From the NCBI GenBank assembly GCA_030611985.1, contig JAUWOS010000002.1, forward strand, positions 1-45,318: a stretch of DNA of 45,318 nucleotides. Direction: 5' to 3'. Numbering within the stretch: position 1 is the first letter of the stretch; each line of letters begins with the position of its first letter. The translations under genes were made by a program, and so were the position numbers. The notes under the pieces are model-generated. The model did not search any database. It worked only from the letters and a program-made list of their open reading frames with translations, and was not told the DNA's origin. Positions 25,975 through 33,531 of the stretch are shown here, in pieces. Source of the stretch: Desulfobacterales bacterium. Its GTDB lineage: Bacteria > Desulfobacterota > Desulfobacteria > Desulfobacterales > ETH-SRB1.

Positions 25975-27537
25975 ATGAAAAAACTCCCTATTGGTATTCA
26001 AACGTATAAAAAGATAATAAATAGCAACTACTACTATGTGGACAAAACATCTTTTATTAAAAAGTTGCACGACGAAGGGGAATATTATTTCCTTTCCAGA
26101 CCCCGCAGGTTTGGCAAAAGCCTGTTTTTAAGCACACTGAAAGCAGCTTTTTCTGGTGAAAAGAAGTTATTTCAGGGGTATTTTCTGGAGCATAATTGGG
26201 ATTGGGATATCAAGCGGCCTGTGATTCATATCAGTTTTGGCGCTGGAGTAAGCAGAAGTGTTGAAGATATCAGAATTACTTTTGATGAAATCCTGTATGA
26301 CCATGCCCGGGAAAATTCGATTGAGTTTGTGAAAAAAAGTCTCAAAGGCAAATTCGCCGAACTTATCAGCAGCCTTTACGAAAAATATGGCCGGCAGGTA
26401 GTAGTACTCATTGACGAATACGATAAGCCCATTCTTGACAATATTCACGAAACAGAAACCGCTGTTCTAATTCGTGAAGAACTCAAAAATATTTATTCGG
26501 TCATCAAAGACGCTGATCCATACCTCAAATTTGTATTTATCACCGGTGTATCAAAGTTCAGCAAGGTTTCTCTTTTCAGCGGGCTGAATAATTTGAAGGA
26601 TATTACTTTGTCAAAGGAATATTCCGCTATTTGCGGATATACACAAAAAGAATTAAAAACAGTTTTTACTGATCGTCTGAAAGATATAAATTTGAATGAA
26701 GTCAGAAAATGGTACAACGGATATAACTGGTTGGGCGAGGAAGTTTATAACCCCTTTAATATCCTGTTGTATCTCGACAGCAAAGAATTTCGCAATTACT
26801 GGTTTGAAACAGCGACGCCTACTTTTTTGATTAAACTGCTTGAGGAAAAAAAATATTTTATCCCGGACATAGAAAATATTAAAGCCAGTGAAAGCACAAT
26901 CGGCAGTTTTGACATTGACAGGCTGGAGATAGAAACCCTGCTTTTTCAAACAGGTTATCTTACCATTAAAGAGGTTAAAAAAATTGTAACCATAACACAA
27001 TACCGCCTGGGATATCCTAATCTGGAGGTTAAGCAGAGCTTGACCGACTATATTCTGTACTATCTGACTTCCAACACTATGGAAAAAGAAAACAACAAGT
27101 TTGCCATTTTTGAGGCCCTGACATCCAACGATATGAACAAACTTGAAAAGACCATACAGGCTTTTTTCGCATCCATCCCAAACGACTGGTACCGCAAAAA
27201 CCGGATAGCAAATTATGAAGGCTATTACGCTTCCATTGTTTATTGCTATTTTGCTTCGCTCGGATTGGATGTTATCCCGGAAGATACTACCAACCATGGT
27301 CAGATAGATCTTACAGTACACTTTGATGACCGAATCTATCTGATTGAATTCAAAGTAGTGGAGCTAACAGAAAAAGGCAGCGCCATAAAACAAATCAAGG
27401 ATAGAAAATATCACCAGAAATATTCAAACAAGAATGTTTATCTAATTGGCATTGAATTCAGCAGAGATGACCGGAATATCGCCAATTTTGAATGGGAATT
27501 GATAAAGTCTTCCAAATTAAAACTTCTAAATGATTGA
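25975..27537 (+). CDS. AAA-ATPase_like (PF09820-type) plus PD-(D/E)xK (PDDEXK_9-type) protein
   Basis: MKKLPIGIQTYKKIINSNYYYVDKTSFIKKL...YFLSRPRRFGKSLFLSTLKAAF. The C-terminus reads GQIDLTV...IYLIEFKV. The ATG at 25975 is preferred over the TTG at 25885. Confidence 0.8.
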   Translation: MKKLPIGIQTYKKIINSNYYYVDKTSFIKKLHDEGEYYFLSRPRRFGKSLFLSTLKAAFSGEKKLFQGYFLEHNWDWDIKRPVIHISFGAGVSRSVEDIRITFDEILYDHARENSIEFVKKSLKGKFAELISSLYEKYGRQVVVLIDEYDKPILDNIHETETAVLIREELKNIYSVIKDADPYLKFVFITGVSKFSKVSLFSGLNNLKDITLSKEYSAICGYTQKELKTVFTDRLKDINLNEVRKWYNGYNWLGEEVYNPFNILLYLDSKEFRNYWFETATPTFLIKLLEEKKYFIPDIENIKASESTIGSFDIDRLEIETLLFQTGYLTIKEVKKIVTITQYRLGYPNLEVKQSLTDYILYYLTSNTMEKENNKFAIFEALTSNDMNKLEKTIQAFFASIPNDWYRKNRIANYEGYYASIVYCYFASLGLDVIPEDTTNHGQIDLTVHFDDRIYLIEFKVVELTEKGSAIKQIKDRKYHQKYSNKNVYLIGIEFSRDDRNIANFEWELIKSSKLKLLND

Positions 27538-27576
27538 GTTAATGATTGAGTTATGGAAAGTGTCCCGCCTTACGTT

Positions 27577-27656
27577 AGGAACGTGGATGAAATAACTTCC
27601 GCAAGTAGGCGCACAGATTTGGGTCGGATTTGTTCGATCTCAGATCACAAAAGTTG
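27577..27656 (+). repeat. Family A left half (R1 + module a)
   Basis: 80 bp, almost identical to 9877-9956. It ends exactly at the stop codon of the convergent gene (27657). Confidence 0.8.
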
Positions 27657-28466
27657 TCAGTATTCTCCTCCTGTTTTCCTGCGGTTGGTTTCCTGTTCTT
27701 TCCCAAATACGCGTTTTAGCAAGCCTGTCGTTTGCTTGGCAGGATTTTGCCTTATGGCCGCTTCCTCTTGGGCCAAATAGTAAAAGATTCCATCCATACC
27801 TTTCTCAATCACATGACCTGCCAGATCTGCTTTTACATCGGGTACAAAGGGCGTAGAAAGGTATTGTCCCATCACGTTATCGTAGGCTTTGATGGCTCCA
27901 ACCTCTGACAGGCTGTCCTCAACAAGCGGGCGCATCTCTTGGGCCAATGCCGGAGACATTTTGCGTTGAAAGTACTTTGTGGCAGCATCAGTGGGCCCTT
28001 TATAAATCGCCTGAACATCATCAAAAGTCATCTCTGTGATTGCTTGCCGGAAAAGGGTCTTGGCCTTTGGTGTAGCGACTTCCGCAGCGCGATTGAGCTT
28101 TAACTCAAGGTCGTCCAGTAGAGAAGACATACCCAGTTTGGCCAGCACGGGCTTTACAAGCCGAAAGCTTTCAGGCAACGGAATATGAACAGCAGAATCA
28201 CCCTGAAAGCCATCCACTTTTCCCAGCTTGTGTACCACGCTCTCTGTTCCAACGCGCAAAGCATCTTTCATAGCCGCACCAATGTCCTCGGTCCCGGGCG
28301 TCTCTATTTTTTCGCTACCCCCAAAAATATTGAAAAGATTTTTCCCTTTTTCCCACCAAAAATATTCTGCTCCAGCGGCTATAGGCCAGCAGGAAAACAT
28401 GAAAACCATCACCACTGTCCCAAAGATGAGTTGATGTTTGAAAAATTCCCTGAGATTTTTATTCAT
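27657..28466 (-). CDS. DUF4197-like secreted protein
   Basis: Signal/TM, then ALRVGTESVVHKLGKVDGF..DSAVHIPLP ... LNRAAEVATPKAKTLFRQAITEMTFDDVQAIYKG..DAATKYF. An alternative GTG start at 28505 would overlap the catalase stop. Confidence 0.65.
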   Translation of the reverse strand: MNKNLREFFKHQLIFGTVVMVFMFSCWPIAAGAEYFWWEKGKNLFNIFGGSEKIETPGTEDIGAAMKDALRVGTESVVHKLGKVDGFQGDSAVHIPLPESFRLVKPVLAKLGMSSLLDDLELKLNRAAEVATPKAKTLFRQAITEMTFDDVQAIYKGPTDAATKYFQRKMSPALAQEMRPLVEDSLSEVGAIKAYDNVMGQYLSTPFVPDVKADLAGHVIEKGMDGIFYYLAQEEAAIRQNPAKQTTGLLKRVFGKEQETNRRKTGGEY

Positions 28467-28501
28467 AAGAACACCTACCTTTCGCGTATAAAAGTATTTT
28501 A

Positions 28502-30034
28502 TCACTCGTCGCCAAAAGCGCCACGGTCGGTAGCCTTTGCTCTTTCCTCCTGTGACATGGCAGATAAACGCTCCACTTCTTTCATATCCAGCCCAAGCCC
28601 TTCGGACACCCGGCGTCCGTAATCCGAATCGGCCAAGGTAAAAATCGCTGCCTGGCGGAGCTGTATCCGTTTTTTTGCACCACCGAGGTGGTCCACAATG
28701 TTATTTATCAAATGATTCCGATCCTCGTCGTTCATCACCCTTCGATACAGTTCTCCAGCCTGAAAGAAATCATCATTCGGATGGGTGTAAGGTTTCCGAC
28801 CCGCTTTTCCCGAAACATCAAAGGCCGGTTCACCCATGGTGTGATCAGGTGTCGGGCCGTTAAAGCTATTGGGATAGTAGTTCGGGCTGCCTCCACCGTT
28901 GGCATCAAAGCGCATAGATCCGTCCCGCTGGTAGTTTTCCGTTGGCGCTGCCTTCGCCCTATTTACCGGCAACAGGTGATAATTGGATCCCAATCGATGG
29001 CGATGGGTGTCGTGGTAACTGAACAAACGTCCCTGGAGCATCTTGTCAGGGGAAGCACCAATACCAGGAACAAAATTGGCCGGAGAAAATGCCGCTTGTT
29101 CGACCTCTGCAAAGTAATTTTCCGGGTTTCTGTTGAGTACAATACGGCCAACTGGAATGAGTGGGAAGTCACTATGAAACCAAACTTTTGTGATATCAAA
29201 GGGATCGAATCGATATTCTTGTGCCTGTTGGGGAGTCATGATCTGAACATAGACTTTCCAGGACGGATAATCGCCTTTCTTAATAGAGGAGAAGAGGTCA
29301 CGCGTGGCATGATCCGGATCTTCGCTCTTCAACCGCATAGCTTCCTCTCCTGTAAGATTTTCAATACCTTGATCCGTCTCAAGCTGATAATTTATCCAGA
29401 AGTGTTCTCCCTTGTCGTTATACCACTTAAAGGTATGACTGCTGTAGCCATTCATATAACGGTAGGTCTTTGGAGTGCCACGATCGGAAAATAAAATGGT
29501 GACCTGGTGGATGGATTCCGGTGTCAGGGAGAGAAAATCCCAAAACATGTTCGGATCTTTCAGGTTGGTGGCTGGGTTTCGCTTCTGCGTGTGAATAAAG
29601 TCAGAGAACTTCAGTGGGTCCCGAATAAAGAAAACTGGTGTGTTGTTCCCCACCATGTCATAATTTCCTTTCTCAGTGTAAAACTTTACGGCAAATCCCC
29701 GTGGATCGCGTTCGGCATCTGCCGATCCCTTTTCGCCGCCAACAGTGGAAAAGCGAATGAAAAGTTCGGTCCGTTTTCCTGCCTCGGAGAGAAATTTGGC
29801 TTTGGTGTACCTGGTGACATCATGGGTCACTTCAAAGTAGCCGTAGGCGCCCGCTCCCTTGGCATGAACGACGCGCTCGGGAATACGTTCCCGGTCGAAA
29901 TGGGCCAATTTTTCAAGCAAATGAACATCCTGCATCAGGACAGGACCGGGATCGCCTGCATTTATACTATTCTGATCGTCATCAACGGGTACGCCAAAAT
30001 TGTTGGTTAAGGTGTTTTTTCTCATCGCCATCAT
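28502..30034 (-). CDS. katA: Monofunctional haem catalase (small-subunit type)
   Basis: [27 protein letters not shown], and the proximal region [14 protein letters not shown]. Length 510 aa. Confidence 0.95.
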   Translation of the reverse strand: MMAMRKNTLTNNFGVPVDDDQNSINAGDPGPVLMQDVHLLEKLAHFDRERIPERVVHAKGAGAYGYFEVTHDVTRYTKAKFLSEAGKRTELFIRFSTVGGEKGSADAERDPRGFAVKFYTEKGNYDMVGNNTPVFFIRDPLKFSDFIHTQKRNPATNLKDPNMFWDFLSLTPESIHQVTILFSDRGTPKTYRYMNGYSSHTFKWYNDKGEHFWINYQLETDQGIENLTGEEAMRLKSEDPDHATRDLFSSIKKGDYPSWKVYVQIMTPQQAQEYRFDPFDITKVWFHSDFPLIPVGRIVLNRNPENYFAEVEQAAFSPANFVPGIGASPDKMLQGRLFSYHDTHRHRLGSNYHLLPVNRAKAAPTENYQRDGSMRFDANGGGSPNYYPNSFNGPTPDHTMGEPAFDVSGKAGRKPYTHPNDDFFQAGELYRRVMNDEDRNHLINNIVDHLGGAKKRIQLRQAAIFTLADSDYGRRVSEGLGLDMKEVERLSAMSQEERAKATDRGAFGDE

Positions 30035-30081
30035 TGCTCTCCTTTATCTTTGAGTAAAACAGACCAATCTGTTGATAAATT

Positions 30082-30099
30082 GTGACAATCTATTGTCAC
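30082..30099. promoter_or_regulatory. Candidate operator: perfect 8-2-8 palindrome upstream of catalase
   Basis: GTGACAAT CT ATTGTCAC, 48-65 bp upstream of the katA ATG (30034). The flanking TGATAAAT is AT-rich. Confidence 0.35.
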
Positions 30100-30254
30100 G
30101 CGCCTTCCTCGTAATCCAGTCATAATTTTAATGTTTCTTTTCTTCACGCTAACGTTGCGCTCACCGGCAAATTTGAGGTGTAGCGAAAAATTTGTCCGAG
30201 TGCAACGCTATAATACATTTTTCAAAATCATTCTGTTTCTCTCCTTCCACAGCC

Positions 30255-31079
30255 TCAACCAAAGACAATAGGAGTTGCTTCCGGGTCAAAGGGATTCTTG
30301 CGGATCGCTAAAGAGAAAAGGTATGGATATTGTCCTTTGAGATGTCTTAGATAAAAAAGCCATTGCTCCACAAGTTTTTTATAGACGCGGTCAATGTCGC
30401 CGGCAAGATGTTGTATGTCAGAATCGGGCAAGAGATTCAGTTTATCTCGACTGCTTAGCTCATCTACTAAGTGGAATACAGCAAGCAATGCTTCACTAAA
30501 ATCTTCATGTTCAATTAACACAGGATTTTCAAGAAGACCAAGAAGAAAATCTCTTCTGCTATTTAGAAAATTGCCCAATGTTTCCAAGTTTAAGTGTCCT
30601 TTAACATCAACCTTGAAACTATGTTCTCTTATTACTTTTTGTGCAGCGGTGAAACGATTCCCTGGCCAGTTAGAACTGACGAGGAGCTTGTCTCTTATCT
30701 CTTCAATAGTTTGATCGTGGCTCAAGAAAAGTTCTAAGAGTTTATAGCCCACTTCGCTAAAAAAAATACCGAGAACCATGTTAACTTTTCTTTCCCTGCT
30801 TTGTGTATCTCTTTTTAGTATTATTATTTCAGTGGCGTTTGCGATTACGCCAAGAAAGATTGCTACACCCATAACTATCAATAATACGGCAAACAATCGA
30901 CTGGCTTGATTTGTTGGGTGAATGTCTCCATACCCCACTGTCGACATTGTAACGATATTATAATACAAAGCTTCGACAAATGAAAGACCTTCCAGGAACA
31001 TGAAGCCAAAGGTGCCGATTACTGAGACTATCAAAAATAAGGTTAGAAAAATTTTTAGTCGGCGACGTAATTTCTGCAT
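30255..31079 (-). CDS. K+ channel (2-TM pore) with an uncharacterised cytoplasmic domain
   Basis: Selectivity filter TMSTVGYGD flanked by two TMs. The ~170-aa C-terminal domain is not recognised. Confidence 0.7.
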   Translation of the reverse strand: MQKLRRRLKIFLTLFLIVSVIGTFGFMFLEGLSFVEALYYNIVTMSTVGYGDIHPTNQASRLFAVLLIVMGVAIFLGVIANATEIIILKRDTQSRERKVNMVLGIFFSEVGYKLLELFLSHDQTIEEIRDKLLVSSNWPGNRFTAAQKVIREHSFKVDVKGHLNLETLGNFLNSRRDFLLGLLENPVLIEHEDFSEALLAVFHLVDELSSRDKLNLLPDSDIQHLAGDIDRVYKKLVEQWLFYLRHLKGQYPYLFSLAIRKNPFDPEATPIVFG

Positions 31080-31092
31080 GCTTATATCCTTT

Positions 31093-31198
31093 AGGAACGT
31101 GGACGAAATAACTTCCCCAACTATACATCATAGTTTCAGGCCACCTTTGCCTGATCTTAGATCACAAAAATATCAAAATAGCTCGCTATTCCATCAAC
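31093..31198 (+). repeat. Family A right half (R1 + module b + inner arm)
   Basis: Matches the reverse complement of 9953-10058 (CCAACTAT.CATCA.AG.TTCAGGCC.CC...AATAGCTCGCTATTCC.TCAAC). Confidence 0.75.
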
Positions 31199-31216
31199 TA
31201 AATCATTTTTTTGTAT

Positions 31217-31308
31217 AACGTACGGCTGAGGTATGGTCCGATGTACCATGCCGAAAGCCCTTTAGGAGAAACCACTGCACTTCTCGCTATCACCTCCAGC
31301 CGTACGTT
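31217..31308. other. Unassigned structured element (long closing stem plus internal hairpin)
   Basis: AACGTACGGCTGAGG (31217-31231) pairs with CCTCCAGCCGTACGTT (31293-31308). There is an internal hairpin GGTATGGT-CCGATGT-ACCATGCC, and a second hairpin AAGGTGG/CCACCTT at 31326-31347. Confidence 0.3.
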
Positions 31309-31429
31309 GGGGTTTAACTTTCAGAAAGGTGGTAAGAATTCCACCTTCGCAAGTTAGTATTAATTCAATAAGTTGTACAATTTATAATACGTTTAAATTG
31401 ATAGAAATGACATAAAAAGTTAAAAAATA

Positions 31430-31500
31430 TTGATTAACTCTACCTTCTTTGATTAACTTTACCTCCTTTGATTAACTTTACCTCCTTTGCTTAACGCCTT
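31430..31500. repeat. 19-bp tandem direct repeat, about 3.5 copies
   Basis: TTGATTAACTCTACCTTCT / TTGATTAACTTTACCTCCT / TTGATTAACTTTACCTCCT / TTGCTTAACGCCTTTGAT. The reverse complement of each unit contains AGGAGGT. Confidence 0.8.
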
Positions 31501-31509
31501 TGATGCAGC

Positions 31510-32079
31510 CTATAGAAGCCGATACGGATAAGCCCGTTTTGTCCACTCGCTTGATGGATATTCGGCTGTGAGCTGTTCGTATGCTGCCTTGAGAGGTTCG
31601 GGCTTCTGCGTGCTTTTGTAGCGGCACACCCCGCGCAGAAAGATGGCTTCCGGCGCGGACCCGCTTTCCGGGTATTTTTCCAGCAGCCTCTCAAGACTCC
31701 CAAGAGCCTCGTCAAATTGATCTGTTTCAAAATAAGACTTTCCTATACCCAATAAAAGCGAAGGAATTAAATCTTGGACGGCAAGAAAACCCACTGTTCG
31801 ATGGTGTTCGTTGCCATCAGGATCAAGCGTAATGAGGGCCGGTGTCCACTTAATATTAAAATCAGCAGACAAGGGCTGGGCGTCAAACGCAACGCGCAGC
31901 GGGATCATATTTTCAGTGATAAATCGGATTATCTTAGCGTCTGGATACGTAACCGCATCCATCTGTTGACAGCCAATTCAACCTGGATTGAAGAAATCAA
32001 GCAAAACAAGCTTCTTCTCGAGACGAGCCCGGACCAGAGCCGCATCCATCTCCGTTTCCCATTTGATGTTTTCCGTCAT
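31510..32079 (-). CDS. Thioredoxin-fold selenoprotein (U-x-x-C; Sec at 31978-31980) with a TPR-like C-terminal part
   Basis: The track ORF (31510-31962) extends upstream in frame through one TGA to ATG 32079 (RBS AAGGAGA). This gives MTENIKWETEMDAALVRARLEKKLVLLDFFNPG-U-IGC-QQMDAVTYPD..., the position of the WCxxC motif in Thioredoxin_7-like proteins. Confidence 0.65.
31943..31960 (-). promoter_or_regulatory. Candidate SECIS apical hairpin
   Basis: The mRNA reads GGAUGC-GGUUAC-GUAUCC: a 6-bp stem (one G:U) and a loop containing GGU, starting 17 nt after the UGA. Folded by hand. Confidence 0.4.
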
Positions 32080-32222
32080 AACTATTTCTCCTTTTCTTTT
32101 ACTTTGCATTTCTACTTGTTTGAATCTATTTGCTACTTAAAACGATCAATAACACGTCGTTTTGATTCGCATGGAGAGGGCCAAAAAAGCCCCTCTCCAT
32201 GCGGAGATAATTCTTTTCAACC

Positions 32223-32471
32223 TCACAGCTTCTCTATGTTGGCCCTTAGTTGTGCGATCTGCAGGCCAAGGGAAACACATTGCTTACCTTCCATACAATC
32301 ATCGACTTCCTGGAGCTCCAGATGGGTCTTTAGCTCCTGCTCACCCTTTTTCAGGTCTACAATCCACGCCTTTTTTGTCTTATCATACTCTACATCAACA
32401 TCAATCCCGCATTGCCCAATGTCAGGATAGATCGATCTGATCTTTTCGCACAATTCTTTTTTGTCTTGCAT
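32223..32471 (-). CDS. Small Cys-containing protein of unknown function
   Basis: 82-aa ORF preceded by GAGGAGGA, with four Cys residues. No family recognised. Confidence 0.45.
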   Translation of the reverse strand: MQDKKELCEKIRSIYPDIGQCGIDVDVEYDKTKKAWIVDLKKGEQELKTHLELQEVDDCMEGKQCVSLGLQIAQLRANIEKL

Positions 32472-32511
32472 AATCCTGTCCTCCTCTGCTTGAAATGATT
32501 TGGAAAATGAG

Positions 32512-32751
32512 TTAAAGAGCTCTCATAAAGTTCACCAGATCCTTCTTCTCTTTCTCCGTCAGCTTCAGCTCCTGAACCAGGTTGAAAAACTCCACGGTGT
32601 CTTCCAGGGTCAACAACCGGCCGTCATGGAGATAAGGAGGCGAATCCTTAATGCAGCGCAGGGGAAAAGTCTTGATAGGACCATCAGATGCGACCATTCG
32701 ACCATTGACCATGCGCGGTTTGAAAAAAAGCTCTGTTTTCAGGTTGTGCAT
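32512..32751 (-). pseudogene. C-terminal remnant of a di-haem cytochrome c peroxidase (CCP/MauG family)
   Basis: PLRCIKDSPPYLHDGRLLTLEDTVEFFN...LTEKEKKDLVNFMRAL matches the CCP C-terminus (LRN...PY.HDG...TLEE.V.F...L...E..DL.AFL..L). No CxxCH haem motifs remain. Confidence 0.6.
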
Positions 32752-32761
32752 TAGATTATCC

Positions 32762-32919
32762 GTAACCGTTCACGGGAGAACCGGTAGCAAAACAAGGCTG
32801 CTTCCCAACACGTAAGCTTTTACAGGTGCTGTAGATGTGCGTTTTCGGGGCAATCAACTATAGTGTTGCTATGTTGGTTGCCCTGAAAACGTGCATATGC
32901 AGTGCCTGTGAACGCTTAC
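32762..32919 (+). mobile_element. Repeat family B, copy B3, flanked by an 8-bp direct duplication
   Basis: GATTATCC at 32754-32761 and again at 32920-32927, immediately outside GTAACCGTTCACGGG ... CCTGTGAACGCTTAC. Confidence 0.85.
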
Positions 32920-32989
32920 GATTATCCGTATAATGAAGGAGCGGGATGGCATACAAATACTATCCCTTTGCCGCTTCTTTGGAACATGG

Positions 32990-33418
32990 TCAACGTCCCA
33001 AAACGAACTGCATATAGACCCTCCAACCAGTTATAACCTGGGTCAAGGCAAAAATCAGAAGAATGAAATTGTTCAGGCCATGAATCACTGGAAGGGCTGT
33101 TCGCTTCTTTTTGTTACGGTTCATGTATAGACCGGACGCACCGCCAAAAATAATAAAGAGGGCCATTACAAGGGCGATCTTACCATGGATCCCGGTTATG
33201 AGAAACCCATGCAAATAAAGATATACCATGGTCATGCCACCCATCATGCCGCCCAACAACGCCAACATAGCAATCTTTCCCAGCAGCACATGCCGCTTCC
33301 ATCTGAAAAGCGTCTTCTGATGAAGATGAACTGACCGAAAACGCTGAACCCCGAGGTAGAACACATACAGGGTCAGCACTATAGCCGACAATTGAATGAT
33401 CGGGTGTATGACAAGCAA
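32990..33418 (-). CDS. Four-TM membrane protein of unknown function
   Basis: TTG start 6 nt after AGGAGG, and four hydrophobic helices. No family confidently recognised. Confidence 0.5.
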   Translation of the reverse strand: MLVIHPIIQLSAIVLTLYVFYLGVQRFRSVHLHQKTLFRWKRHVLLGKIAMLALLGGMMGGMTMVYLYLHGFLITGIHGKIALVMALFIIFGGASGLYMNRNKKKRTALPVIHGLNNFILLIFALTQVITGWRVYMQFVLGR

Positions 33419-33531
33419 AACAGGCCTCCTATAATGAAAAGCTGCAAAGTTTGAGGAACTTGTAAGAAATCTTTTGTTAACTCAGGCAGCGAACAAAATT
33501 GACTTCATGCGAAACTGTCGTTAGTTGGCGT

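Noticed and set aside
28688-29494. 268-aa + strand ORF, and similar long antisense ORFs (e.g. 12126-12641, 12774-13127, 23797-24291, 26653-27321, 29507-30010, 31774-32430, 35950-36360)
   Set aside because: Each lies entirely antisense to a gene with unambiguous family motifs (catalase, BY-kinase, recB, the AAA/PDDEXK gene, the selenoprotein, dfx). Their compositions are typical of shadow ORFs.
31224-31258. Hammerhead ribozyme core (CTGAGG ... helix ... GAAA)
   Set aside because: The conserved CUGANGA box is not satisfied (CUGAGGU, so A9 is missing), and no stem III or cleavage-site arrangement could be drawn.
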